This document shows positions 51,630 through 63,865 of a stretch of 64,000 bases of DNA, piece after piece. Numbering within the stretch: the first letter of the stretch is position 1; each line of letters starts with the position of its first letter. The stretch spans positions 186,001 to 250,000 of the forward strand of contig MU058781.1 in the NCBI GenBank assembly GCA_013265495.1, read 5' to 3'. The notes under the pieces were generated by a model, which had not been told where the DNA came from, did no database searches, and saw only the letters and a list, made by a program, of their open reading frames with translations. The translations under genes and the position numbers were made by a program. The DNA comes from Vicugna vicugna (taxonomy: Eukaryota).

Positions 51630-52197
51630 TCAGTTACTCATTCTTTTGACAAATGTTTTTTTCCTTTTGTTCTGATTGTGTACCAAGCCTCGTGCCAGCT
51701 ACCGGAGAAGGGTGTTTTGTCTATTACCAAATTTACACTTACCGAGGAAAACAGACAAATAAATGGAGCAAATAATAAGATGTTTGGTGCCTTTGTAGGC
51801 AAAGTACAGGGTATTTCCGGAGCACATGGTGGGCCTCTCCAACCCAGTTGAGAGAGTCTTGAGAAGTCCTGGAAAGGGACGCTGAGACAGAAACCTGGAA
51901 GCTAAGTGGGAGTTAGACAGACAGAAGGCAGAGGACACTCTCATACTGAGGGGACAGGGTGTGCAGAAGTGTCAAGATGAGAGACCATGTTCAAGGGGAC
52001 ACAACTTAAAAGACCTTCACAAAGCATGAATAATAGAGTGTAAAAGAGAGGGGGGAAGAGCAGAGGCTGGACAGTCTGACGTCGCAAGGACAGTGACAGG
52101 GCTTTGAAGGGCTGAAGTGGGGAAGGGCTCAGTCAGATCTAAGGTTTAGACTGGAACCCCGGCCACAATGTGGAGAATGGACTGGAGAGGGCAGTGC
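51630..52197 (-). mobile_element. L2 3' relic
   Basis: ACTCATTC..GACAAATG..., GAGGAAAACAGACAAATAAA, CTGAGACAGAAACCTGGA, GTCAGATCTAAGGTTTAGA...TGTGGAGAATGGACTGGAGAGGGCA. Confidence 0.75.
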
Positions 52198-52207
52198 CTT
52201 TGGGTGC

Positions 52208-52273
52208 TTAGGGTTAGGGCTAGGGCTAGGGTTAGGGCTAGGGCTAGGGTTAGGGTTAGTGTTAGGGTTAGGG
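52208..52273 (+). repeat. Short interstitial telomeric sequence, 11 hexamers: 6 TTAGGG, 4 CTAGGG, 1 TTAGTG
   Basis: TTAGGG TTAGGG CTAGGG CTAGGG TTAGGG CTAGGG CTAGGG TTAGGG TTAGTG TTAGGG TTAGGG. Confidence 0.95.
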
Positions 52274-53544
52274 TTGGTGCGTGGTGCCCTTCAAAGCACG
52301 AAGACATAAAAATCTTATTAATCCTCACATCAGAGTCATTAGAAATGGATTCTTTCCTTTTTTTAATCTATATTTTTTATCTTCTTTTTCAGAGGAGTAT
52401 ATTATAAAAGTAGTTTTATTTTTTATGACACCCATAAGAAGAGATGCTCAAATGAGAAACACTTCCACGGGCATATATCTAGGCTTATATTTGTTTGTCA
52501 CCGTCACCATCATTAAGGTCAGTACAGCATAGGCTGTCCCATAGATGGGACATACAGGTGAGATAAGCTTTGATGACACGTAACGTCCATCAATTCAGTT
52601 ATCAATTCTCCCTTTTCTCTCCCAGCCATTTAAATATTTGGACCAAGACTCTGTGGCTGAGAATTGCAGTTGTAGAAGCCCCCAAGTCCTGCACAAAGGG
52701 GGATGTCCGCGTGGTTATCACCGTCAGTGCGAGTTTTAATTTGAGTCCTGGCCCCAATCACATCATACAATTTCAATTGTTTGGACAATGCTGGTCTCTG
52801 GTAGGGTGGTTCAGCATCTCATTCTCAACCATCCTCAATAAATGAGGAGACAAAAAACTAAAAGGCTAAAGCAATGACTTGAGGAAAGTGGCCTTTCCTT
52901 CCCTCCAATTCGTAATTTTTCATGTCGGCCCTAGTTCTCTGTGTTCTCCGACATCTCTTCCCAGCAGCAGGTGGAGGAAGCATGGAACCAGTATGTGGCT
53001 GCTCTGAAAACAATAGAAAGAAATTTAAGTGGGAATGGGACAGAGTCCTCACAAAAATGAACTTTCTTAGAACTTCTCCAGAACTCATCATCAATGAATT
53101 TGATTATCCATGATAAGAGTCTTTATTTAGGAAATGTATTTTAAGATTTTACTTGAAAATGGGTACAGGCTCATTTATTTTAGGACTTGTATGCACTTCA
53201 ACGACAAAACAAAAACAACAACAAAAATTGTAACATAAAGCCACGTGAGTGGAAATTTTAATCTTGATTTTTTTGGGGCTGCTTTCTTTGGTTTATTAGC
53301 TTGAATAACTATGTTTGTAAATATACAACCAAATCACTTTTTATTTATATCGTCTGTCTATTCCATTATATACAAATGACATAAAATCCTTAGGTTTAAA
53401 ACAGAAAAGTTAGGAGAGGTTCATATACTGCAAAAGGCTTCATTCATCAATATACAAAATAATGGACCGAGGGCTTTTTAAACAAAAGAGCACCTTTAAG
53501 GCATTTAAAATATTTAATACACTTTGCATAACCATTTTACATAT

Positions 53545-53990
53545 AAAGGGTCCTAGACTTTAGAGGAAACATCAAGGTTGTTTAGTAGCAGATGACTGAG
53601 TCCTCTCTACAGCGTTCATAATCAGAGAGGTCATTCCATTTTCCTCTGCATTTCTAGGGATGGCAGATGTACCATCTCCATGGAAAGCCAGACATATATT
53701 CATAGGAACTCATTTTTAGGCAGTTCTTTCTTACAATGAGCTGTTACCTTACTTTCTGCAATTTTTCACCTCCTTTATTTCTGTTCTGCCCTCTAAGGGT
53801 CTCAATAAATGAATCTCATCTCTGCCCCACTTGACAACAGCTCTCATCTTTCTACTCTTTTCATCTCCTCTTAAACATCCTCAAAATTACAAACTGTTGC
53901 TCAGAATTTTGTTGAATCCAGACCCCCAGACCTGAACAAAATGTCCTCAAGGTAGTTGGACCAGGACAGCATAGAGTTACGATTCACCTT
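53545..53990 (-). mobile_element. L3/CR1 LINE 3' relic
   Basis: GTCCTCTCTACAGC...GGTCATTC...GGGATGG...CCATCTCC...AGTTCTTTCTTA...TGAGCTG...TTCTGCCCTCT. Confidence 0.65.
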
Positions 53991-55424
53991 ATTTGCTCTT
54001 GAAATAACAACAACAAAAAAAGAAAGGAAACTTTTGTCGTCTTCTCTCACTAATTTGCAAAAGAAGGTATCCATTGGATTAACACATGTCCTTACACTTA
54101 CGGTTTTGTGTTTTCCCTTGATTTTTGATTTGCATTGAAAATGTGTATGATCAAAAAAATTACGAACAAGTGGAGAATCAAAAATAGCATCAGATTTTCA
54201 TCTTGGAAAAAAATATAAATCATTGTTCAGATTAAAGAGCTTCTTATAAGGGTTTCTTGTTTAGGTTATTAAAAAGAAAATAGGAACATGTAAAATGTGT
54301 GTCATGATATAAGAATTTCGTAATTATTTTTCTCTACAAGTTTGCTCTTTTATTTCTGCATATTTTTATTATTATTTTAATTTAATTTGTAGGGGAATCA
54401 GCATTTCCACCCTCCCATTTTCTCTCTTTTTTTTCCGATCACAATTTAATTCATTTCTAAAGTCTAGGCATATTTTTAAAACTCTAGGTCAGCTTACATG
54501 CCTTCCTAACTTTAAGTGCAGTGCTCGATTTCATTGCTATTCTTAAGTGCTCACCTGAATATTTTTTTTTCCCAATTGTCTTTTCCATTTCTTTATCTTC
54601 TTTCCAGGCATTCTTTCCCTTTCAGAATTTATCTACCTCTTGTTTAATTTCTTTCAAATTACGTTCTAGTAAGACACAGCACAGCACAGTCTAATTTAAC
54701 AGAGCAAGAAGACTCTCATCTTACCTGACTGTTGGGAGCGTAAAGTCCCGCTTTCCTGGCTTATACCTGCCGTCCGTCTCCATGGGGGAAGGAAAAGAAG
54801 AGGCATTAAGTGGCCCGGAACATGTCTACAATAAATAGACCTCTTAAGGGTAGAGAAATAAGTGTGCAAAGAATTTAAATGCATTGGATAAGCTGGTCAA
54901 GACATTGGTCAAGACAAATTTCTACCGTCTTACACATTTTAGGGGCTTTGTACACAGAGTAGAAAAACAACTATGCACAGATTTCCACTGATTAAAGATA
55001 AACGGAAGATGACACCCACAATATTTTTTAAATGAACAGTGAGTGTATCCTTTCACAAATATACGTAAATAAGATATTTCCATTTTGCCCTTTGTTATGC
55101 ATTTCCGCTAAGCTTTCGAGAGACTATTAACTACAGATAAAACTGCTCCCCGTACAAAGAAATTTCACATTAGTTTTGTGACTTTGAAAGAGCCCTCTCA
55201 TCTCTTTTAAATTTCCAATCCCTCTTTTTCATGCTTAAGCATCTTTCTTAGAGAAGGAATAAAGGGTTGAACCAGTCTTTGCACTCACTTAGGGGTGGTG
55301 CAATGTTATACGTTTTACTGATAAACCAAAAAGCACCTTAAATTCATCTACAGCTACTAAGCTTAAGAACTTGTTAGAAGAGTGTCACAGGTGTCTACTT
55401 ACATCCCCAAACATTGAAAACATA

Positions 55425-55911
55425 TGGGTCACATGTCGACATCTGATTCCCCTGGTGTGGGACACTGAGAAGGGTACATCGATTCTGTGACATTCTTGCC
55501 AAAAATGTGTGATCTTAATGTGATCATAAGAAAACATCAGATATATCCGAACTGAGGGACATGGGACCAGCACTCATTCTTCAAAATATCAGATCAGTAC
55601 TTTTCAAAACACATAGTCCAAGGAAGGATCGAGAAACTACTAGAGGCTGGAGAAAACTGAGGGGACATGACAACTAAATCCGTGATGAGATCCTGGGATT
55701 GAAAAAGGGCAGCAGTGGGAAAAGTGGCGAAATCTGGGTAAAGACTGCAGTCCAGTGACTGGTGGTGTGCCAATGTCAGTTTCTCAGTTTTGGTAACCTT
55801 CTTACGGTTACGCAGGGGGCTACCATGAGGAAAAACGCGGTGAAGAGTGTAGGGGGGCTCTCTGTGCTACCTTTGTTACTTTTCTGTAAGTCTACATTTA
55901 TTGAAAAAAAA
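55425..55911 (+). mobile_element. Old L1 3'UTR (L1MC/L1ME-like)
   Basis: ATTCTTGCCAAAAATG...ATCATAAGAAAACATCAG...GACATGACAACTAAAT...CTTTTCTGTAAGTCTA plus an A tail. Confidence 0.8.
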
Positions 55912-57220
55912 TCCCCTTTCCAAGTGTTCTATAAAGGCGTGCTCGTATTTCTTCTTCCTCTTATCTGAGGTTCATGTTTATTTCACATGATGATGATGTG
56001 TAGAAGCTAACTTCGACAGGAAAGGAGGCTGACAGTCATGCAGTCTGATCCCCTTTTCTGTGCAGGAGGAAACAGAGAAGCAGGGAAATCTGTGGCTGAG
56101 CTGAGACCGGTGCTCAGGACCGCCGCCTCTGTGTGGGTGTTTTTCCCACACTATTCTGAATCCAGACTGAGGAGGGCTGTTGGCAGATTTATGATTTTAT
56201 TACTTTAGACATTTTTTAATTACAAAGAACAACTTAAAATAGTTCAGACCTGCTTTGTACCCTCTGATCTACTTAGAGCCTGGGTTTTGTTTTTATTTTT
56301 TCCATGAAAGCATTCACTGACCTTGCCTTAGCAAATGAGATTTAAAACTAGCGATATGCAAACATTTATCAAAAACAAATATGGTTTCATTCATTAGTGG
56401 CCTCTGACGGCCTGTAATCAAAGGACGATCTTTGATTGTGCCTTTGATTCTATTGACTCTTTCTTTGAATTTTCTGAAGATAATTTATTAACAGAAGCCT
56501 TCTCCTGCTATTACTTACAACACATGTATTTATTCACATATTGTTCTTTCCTTATATCCAATTTCAATGAAAATTGAACAATTAAGGCGATTTTTCAATG
56601 TCTTCCATCCTTTTTCTTGGGTGCTACTAAGGCAAACCTGCGGGTATGTGAGTGTGTGTATGTGTATTTTTCCCTTTTAACTTGAGAGAAAAGGGTCTTT
56701 GTCTCTCTTACAGAAACAAAAGCAAAGTTTTAAAAATCCTACGCATTTTTAATGTAGCTCTGAGCCAGTTACTAGACCACTAAATAGCAAGACTATCCAG
56801 TTCATAGCAGTTTATATTCTGTGTAAACAGTTAGCTGGGATCTTTAAGATGTAGTGTCCTTCAGTGCCCTGTTAGTGTTAACGGTCGCGTGGCCTGGGTC
56901 TTGAACTGACATGCGGAGGGGGTGGTGGGTATATGACAGTCAGAGCTGTTAAAACAACACAGTGGCATGATTCCTCTCCTTGAGGCTCATTGTTTTCACT
57001 GAAATATTGTTAAATATGGGAAAAGAGCGAATCTGATGGGCTTTTCCTGCAGAAGGGGGCTGGCACGTGCTTTGCTGACTGCCGTTCTGTGCTGTTGCCA
57101 CGGGAAGGCTGCCTGACACGTGGTGACTGGAGGTGTCGTTTTGTATGAACTGAGATGGAGTCTCACCACATCATGTGGCTGAGAAGGTTTTGTTTACAAA
57201 AACAACGTTCAAAGGAGGAT

Positions 57221-58665
57221 TAGATGGTGCAGAAACAACTATATATCCACGTGCAAAAACACAAATTTAGATATGGGCCTTACATCCTTCACAAAAATTA
57301 ACTCAAAGTGAAGTGGAGACTGAAATTTAAAAATGCAAAACTATCAAACAGCCAGACGATAACCTAGGAGAAAACCTTGGTGGCCTTGGGTGCGGTTCTG
57401 GCTTTTTAGACACAACACTAAAGGCATAACCTAGAAAATAAATAATTGATAAGCCAGACCTCAGTAAAATAAAAACCAAATTCTGCTTTGTGAAAGTACT
57501 GTCAATAGAATAAGAAGACAAGCCACAGACTCAGAGAAAAGATTTGCAAAATGCATATCTGAGAAAGGACTGTTATCTAAAATACACAGAGAATTCTTAA
57601 AAGTCAACAATAAGAGAGCCAACAGCCCTTTTTAAAAAATGGGCAAAAGTCCTGAACAGACACCTTATTGAAGAAGACGTATGGCAATAGGCATATGAAG
57701 AGGTGCTCAACATCACATGTCATCAAGGAAATTCAGATGAAGACAATGACGTGATACCACTGCACGCCTATTGGAATGGCCAAAACCCAGGACGTTGACA
57801 ACATCAAATGAGACTGAGGCTGGTGAGGATGCTGGTGAGCATGTGCGCCCACAGGAACTGTCAAATGGTGGAAATGCAAAGTGGTACAGACACTTTAGAA
57901 GACAGGTTGGTGGTTTCTTATAAAACTAAACTCACTCTCCCCATACAATCCAGCAATCGTGCTCCTTGGTATTTACTCAAAAGAGGTGAAAACCTACAGC
58001 CACACAGAAACCTGCACACAGATGTTTACAGCAGCTTTATTCATACCTGCCAAAACTCAGGAGCAACCAAGATGCCCTCCAGTAGTTGAATAGATAAATG
58101 AACTGTGGCACATCCAGACAATGGAATACTATTTAGCACTAAAAAGGAATGAGCTATCAAGCCATGAAAAGACATGGAGGAAACTTAAACGTCTATGACT
58201 AAGTGAAAGAAGCCAATCGGAAAAGGCTACCTGCTGTATGTTTCCAACTACATGACGTTCTGGAGAAGGCAACTCTAGGGAGAGTGTAGAAAGATCAGTG
58301 GTTGCCAGGGGTTAGGGGGAGATAAGGATGAATTGACAAAATACAAAGGATTTTTAGGCAGTGAGAACTTTTAAATATGATACCATAATGGTGGATTCAT
58401 GTCATTACATATTTGCCAAAGCCCATAGAATGTACAACACCTAGAGTGAACCCTAATGTAGACTGTGGACTTCGAACAATAATGACATCAATGTAGATCC
58501 ATTGATTATAACACATGTACCACTTCAGTGTGGAATGTTGATAGTAGAGGAAGCTTTGCATATGTGAGGAAGGGGATATATGGGAACTCTCCGTACTTTC
58601 TGCTCAATTTTGCTGTGAACCTAAAGTAGCTCTAAAAATTAAATTCTACTTAAAAAGAAAAAGAG
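57221..58665 (+). mobile_element. L1 ORF2 end plus 3'UTR (L1MC1-like)
   Basis: CACAAAAATTAACTCAAA...AATGGGCAAAAG...GAATGAGCTATCAAGCCATGAAAAGACATGGAGGAAACTTAAA...CTCAATTTTGCTGTGAACCTAAA plus an A-rich tail. Confidence 0.92.
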
Positions 58666-58674
58666 AGAGAGAGA

Positions 58675-59140
58675 GAATGAACTACTCATAACTCAACAGC
58701 ATGGACGGATCTTAAGGGCATGGTACTGAGTGAAAAAGGCTGTTTCAAAAGATCACAAAGTTTATATATATAAATGTAGGATTTATTTGTGTAACATTAG
58801 GCAGCATTGTGGAAATGACAAAATTATAGAGATGCAGACAGTGGTTGTTAAGGGTCAGGGGTATCGGGGACTGGGTGTAGCTATGAAGTTGGGGCAGGGG
58901 ATGGTGATGGACGAGTTCTGGCTCTTGGCTGCATGGTGGTTGTGGTGGTCTGCACGTGTGGGAGGATGGCGTAGAACACACACGCACCGTGCCAATGTCA
59001 CTTTCCTGGGTCCCATACCGGACGGTACTTATGTGGGACTGCACAACTGGCAAAAACTGAGTAAAAGGCATATGGGAGCTCTCTGTGTTATTTTGCAACT
59101 TTGTTGACTCTGTAGTCAAATCGAAATTAAAAGTTTAAAC
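58675..59140 (+). mobile_element. Second, older L1 3'UTR (L1MC3-like) abutting the previous element
   Basis: GAATGAACTACT...CATGGACGGATCTTAAGGGCAT...AATGACAAAATTATAGAGATG...CTCTCTGTGTTATTTTGCAACT...AAATTAAAAGTTT. Confidence 0.8.
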
Positions 59141-60514
59141 AAACAAAACAAAGGAAAGCAAACAAGGATGCTTCAGGTCTCGACTGGAGGTGACTTGGAA
59201 AGGTTGGAGGAGCCTTGAGGGACATTCAGTGGGGGTGTTCCTAGGGGAACGGCCGGCATCCTACTGTCTCCCCCAAGAGCAGAGTGTCCGGAAACTCCAG
59301 CAGATGCCTGTGGGCCTCAAGCCAACAAGGTGTCTTTTCTGAGGAGCACGGGGTACATGGAAGCAGTGCCCAGAGGACTCAGGCCGTTGGAATGCCCCTG
59401 CTTGTGAGGGACTGTTACCTGGAGTGGCAACTGGGCATGATTCCTTGCCACTGTGCATTTTTTATTAACGTAAAGGGCTGCTATTTTTGTGTCCATTCTT
59501 TCTCCTTCTTTAAGAGGTGAAGTTTTCCTTTTATTTTCAGAGACAATCATCTCAGAAGTCACCCTGCTGGACGGTATGATGAAATTCAGAAAGTGAATTG
59601 TTTTCCGGTCAGGATTCTCAGATTGGCACAAATCCAAATTTATTTTAAAATTTTGAAGGAGAAAAACTCCATTAAATTCCAGCACCCATTACTGAGAAAA
59701 CAAGTGAAGGCACCTTAAAGACATAATTATTAACTAAACAAGGAAAGGCCCGAGCGGTGCTCAGAGAATTCATGTTTGAAGTAGTGGATAATCCTGTAAT
59801 TGCCACTTCTCAGGAAAGTTCTGTGTGAATGTGGGAGAAAGCCACTATTTAAATCATGGAACATTACACATCAAAGCTGCTTCTGTCAAGGATGTTTAGT
59901 TGCTTTAAATATATTAAAAAAAAAAAAAAGAAAGAAAAGACTTGGGACCGAGGTTTCAGGTGAAGCTGAAGGAAGGAATAAAAAAACAAACCACTTCCTT
60001 TCTATGCAGGAAAAGAAAGAAAATAAAATTTATTTCTAAATCAATGCTTTTCCATCACAAAGGAAATTGTATGTCATCCTTTGTGATGAGTTAAGATGCA
60101 AGAGCATTTCTTCAAAGGAGGAAACTGTATTGCATCTGCCTCTTCACTGGTTCCCTGCTTCCCAGTGTGGTTCCGTTTGCACGTGGCCAGAGACAGGCAA
60201 GGAAAGCGCAAATTCAAGGGCAAAATAGGTTTTGCCATTTACCTCGTTAAAAGTCCCACAAATGACTCCACATCATGTATTTTAAAAAATTTCAAGACAC
60301 TTGATATAAAACATACACCCCTGTCAAAATATCTCCTCTTACTTCCCACCTCTACTTCCTTCAGACTCGGTGCTCTAGTAATTCCGATTGGCTTGTTACT
60401 CTTTAAAGTACCGCGCTGTTTCACCCTGATGGGTGCTGGGCACGCTGTCCCCTCTCCACGTGCCACTCCTCCCCCAACACCCATACAGGGCTCCTCCACT
60501 CCCTTTTAAGCCGG

Positions 60515-60872
60515 TGTCTTCGTCTGTTCAGGCTGCTGTAAAGGGATACCAGAGGCTGGGTGGCTTGTAACAACAGAAGTGTATTTCTCACAGTTCTGAG
60601 GGCTGGGAAGTTCAAGACGAAGGTCCTGTTATGTTTGGCGTCTGGTGAGAGCTTCCTGGGTCATGAATGGGCTTCTTCTTGCTTCTGGACAAAGCAGAAG
60701 GGGGAAGGGAGCTCTCTGGACTGTCTTTTATAAGGGTGCTAATCCCATTCGTGGGGGCTCCGCCCTCATGACCTAATGACCCTAATCATTCCCTAAAGGC
60801 CCCACCTCCTAACACCGTCGCATTGCATCTTAGAATTTAACATGAATTTCAGGGGACATTCAGCCTATGGTA
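60515..60872 (-). mobile_element. MaLR solo LTR (MLT1A-like)
   Basis: TGTCTT.GTCTGTTCAGGCTGCT...TATTTCTCACAGTTCTG...TTTTATAAGGG..CTAATCCCATT...GGCCCCACCTCCTAA...GGGGACATTCAG; flanked by CCGG on both sides. Confidence 0.9.
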
Positions 60873-62139
60873 CCGGGCTGCCTTTTACTGTACCTCACGT
60901 CTGATGAACCATCCGTGATGCACCAGGGTTCCCAGAGCATGTCTATCAAACCCCGTACAACCAGGAGTGAGAATTTCTTATTAATCACCCCTCGAGACTG
61001 ACGGCCCCCAAGAACGCAAGGCTCAGCACACAGTAAACTCTCAAGCAACGAAATGAAATCTTTCCAGTTATAGAACCTCTCTTTTCTTTTGCTTTATGGG
61101 CTCAAAAATCAGTTTGTTAGACCCCAGGAAATCTTCGGAACTGAGTAATTTGTCTTATATTTATGTTTTAAAGTTCCCCTCGAAACTCTTGGATGTTACT
61201 CATGTGGTCTCTGTGCTGATCCTGTAAGCAGTAATTAATTGGACGTTAGAACTGACTTATATGACGGCTGTTGTCGGGGTGGACTTTTAATCTCTCTTTT
61301 GAGAATACAGATTTTAGGCCATCAAGGCTTCCCTGGTATTTGTAAACATCCCAAAGTCGTCTGCAGGATTTGTAGGCATGCATATTTTCTGGGGAGAGAA
61401 CGTATGGCTTTGTAAAAGATATTCCAAATAGTTTGGGAAGAAGAAAAAAAAAAAAAAGAAGGGGGGAAAATGACTAAATAAGAGTGAAGGGTAGTGTCTA
61501 GAAAATGCAGGAGGGAAAGAAAGGAAAATGCTCAAAAAGAATAAAATGAGACATAAAAAGAAACCGAACGGGGCCACGGACAAGTCTTGCTTAGTCAAGT
61601 TTTGTCCGAAGTCGGAAGCAGCGCCTCTCTTGGGGAATACATACGTCTGAGTATAAACTTATTCCCCTTTTTCCCACTAGAGTAAGAAAAGCCATTTGAG
61701 GGCTTAAAGGAATGTGACACTCAGAAGCTCGTGTGTTGGTAAACATTTACTTTCCTAAGTCCCATTATTAATGGTTATCGACGATGAGAGAGACGTATGT
61801 TATTTACAGTAAGCTTGCTTTTGATCAAAATAAATATAAAATATTTAGTACCTGGGCATAATTACCTCTAGCAGAAAGATATTTTGTGTAAAAGAGGCTG
61901 ACATTAAAATAATGCAAGCCTGGCTTCCCTTCTCAGGTGAGGTGTCTGTGACCAGGATGTGGACAAAATCCCACAGCTCCCCAGCACCTGGGAAGTGGGA
62001 ATCTTTGAGCACGTCCAAGTGTGACCTTTGCAGACACTTATCCTGGGAAACCTCCGCACACCTGATGGTTCCCATAGCTGGAGAGTAATCAGCCACAGGC
62101 TCTAAAGTTCCAGAGAAAAGGGGAGAAGTTAAAAAATCA

Positions 62140-62168
62140 TAACTGACTATACTTCAGTTAAAAAAAAA
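62140..62168 (+). mobile_element. Possible ultra-short L1 tail insertion
   Basis: ACTATACTTCAGTTAAAAA is the exact reverse complement of the L1 terminus at 368-386 and runs into A9. Lies just downstream of a TT/AAAA site. Confidence 0.45.
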
Positions 62169-63469
62169 GTCTCTGCAATGTACCTCAATTCAACCCCATT
62201 AATTACAAAATAAATCAAAACTAAATGAACTGGCAATTTCAGCTCACCATTGGAAAAAAATTAACGTATTTCCAAAATTCCAACTTTAAGAAGGAAAAGC
62301 CTAGTATTTACAAATAAAAGCAAGGCATTTATTCAACCCCAAAGCTACATTGGCTGGCTGCTTTGAGAAGGCTTCCTAAGCCCACTGGCTGAAAGCAGGT
62401 TGAAGACTTCTGACCACCAGAGTTAATTTACTGGATTCACATATATGTCAGTCACTCAAGTAAGGAGGTCAGGTGGAAGGAGTTTTAATAAACACTCCTC
62501 GTGTGAGCACCTTAATTTGTCGTCTTCTAAAGGATGGAGAATGGCAGGGCATGTTTGCACACATTCCAACTTTACATGCATTTTTAAGACAATGTGTTTC
62601 ATAAAAACCTTATAGAGTAGTTACATCTTGTTAGTAATGGTCCTTCATCTCCAGTCCCTGGAGGGTTCTTTATTCTGGAAAAAGAGTATCCAGGCACCTC
62701 CGGGTACTATTTAGGAGAGATGACTGCATGATCATCTACTCCTGTGTCAGTTCAAGTTAAAATATTTTATGGCACTGTCAACATTTGGTCAATAGCACAT
62801 AACTTATTGTCATAGTCTATTGCAATAACAAGTAAGTATTTGTCAATAACAATGCAAAGAATAGCTTATCCATCCTGAATCTCTGTATGGGTGAAGCTAA
62901 ATCAAATGTCTACAAAGAGAAGAAAGGAAGAGGGTATTCTAAGATTAAATCTGGTTATGGAAGGCATTTGAGATCTCTGTCAATGGGAAGATTCATGCTC
63001 CTAAATCACAGAAAAAGAGAGCTTTGGAGAATGAAGGAAAATAAGTGAAGATTTTCTCAAATAAAGCAAAGGACATTTTTTTGAGTTCTCAAGTTGGGCC
63101 TGCATTTGAAATGTTTTAAAGAATAATTTAATACTTATTCTACATACAGCCTTTTCATAATGAGGTTATTTTTGTGATGCAAATTTTGATGAAAATGGTA
63201 ATGTTTCTGAGCTCGCATCTGCCAGGGATGGAGGAGCGTTTTAGAGTCCAACGCTCTTATTTGGATAGTCATGCATACTGCTGCTCCTTTGCCCTGTTCA
63301 CCTTATGATGGTTCAGGAAGAAAAGTCCTGTATCTGAGCCATCGCTGGGGCTCTGAGAAATGGATGGGATATTTGCATGCTCTTTGCCCCCTAGACGTCA
63401 AATGCATTTTACACTATTAGCTTCTGAGACTCCGCAAAGCACTCTAAGGCACTAACTCCCTGAAACGTG

Positions 63470-63865
63470 ATCAGATCATAAAGCCTGAGAGTCAGAAGGG
63501 CATCTGGGGCCATCTAATCCCCCACCTCTGCGTAAAATAAGACTCCTCCCTCCAGCCTGTGGGCTGGCCCAGAGTGGTCTCCAGGAATGGGTCTGTCTCT
63601 TCTTTGCCGGGCAGATATTCTCATGGATGCTAATACGCTAAGTGTGAAAGGATTTCCTTCTTTCACTGGTGCTGGTTCTGACCATAATCACATCTATCTA
63701 CTCTCCCCCATCATAATCCTTTAAGATAGCTATAAACTCCCCCTCCCCAAATTTCCTTCTATTTCTCTTTATAATGGTTCCATATATAGTGTGGTTTCCA
63801 GACTCTTTCCAATCTTGGTGATGCTGTTCTGAATGTAGTTCAGTTTTCTATGGTACCTCTTTTCA
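63470..63865 (-). mobile_element. L3/CR1 LINE 3' relic
   Basis: ATCATAAAGCCTGAGAGTCAGAAGGG..CCATCTAATCC...GGTTTCCAGACTCTTT..ATCTTGGT...TTCTGAATG. Confidence 0.55.

Noticed and set aside
52194..52207. TERC-derived flank next to the telomeric array
   Set aside because: Only TGGGTGC resembles my recollection of the TERC 3' end, which is too short to mean anything.
52146..52407. Low-complexity ORFs (RVRARARV / LTLALALT)
   Set aside because: They are simply translations of the telomeric hexamer array.
835..62096. ORF-track entries as protein-coding genes (for example 929-1399, 45689-46156, 50498-50986)
   Set aside because: All are 162 aa or shorter, many start at non-ATG codons, none has a recognisable domain except the L1 RT remnant, and many lie in repeats. 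This is what chance produces in mammalian non-coding DNA.
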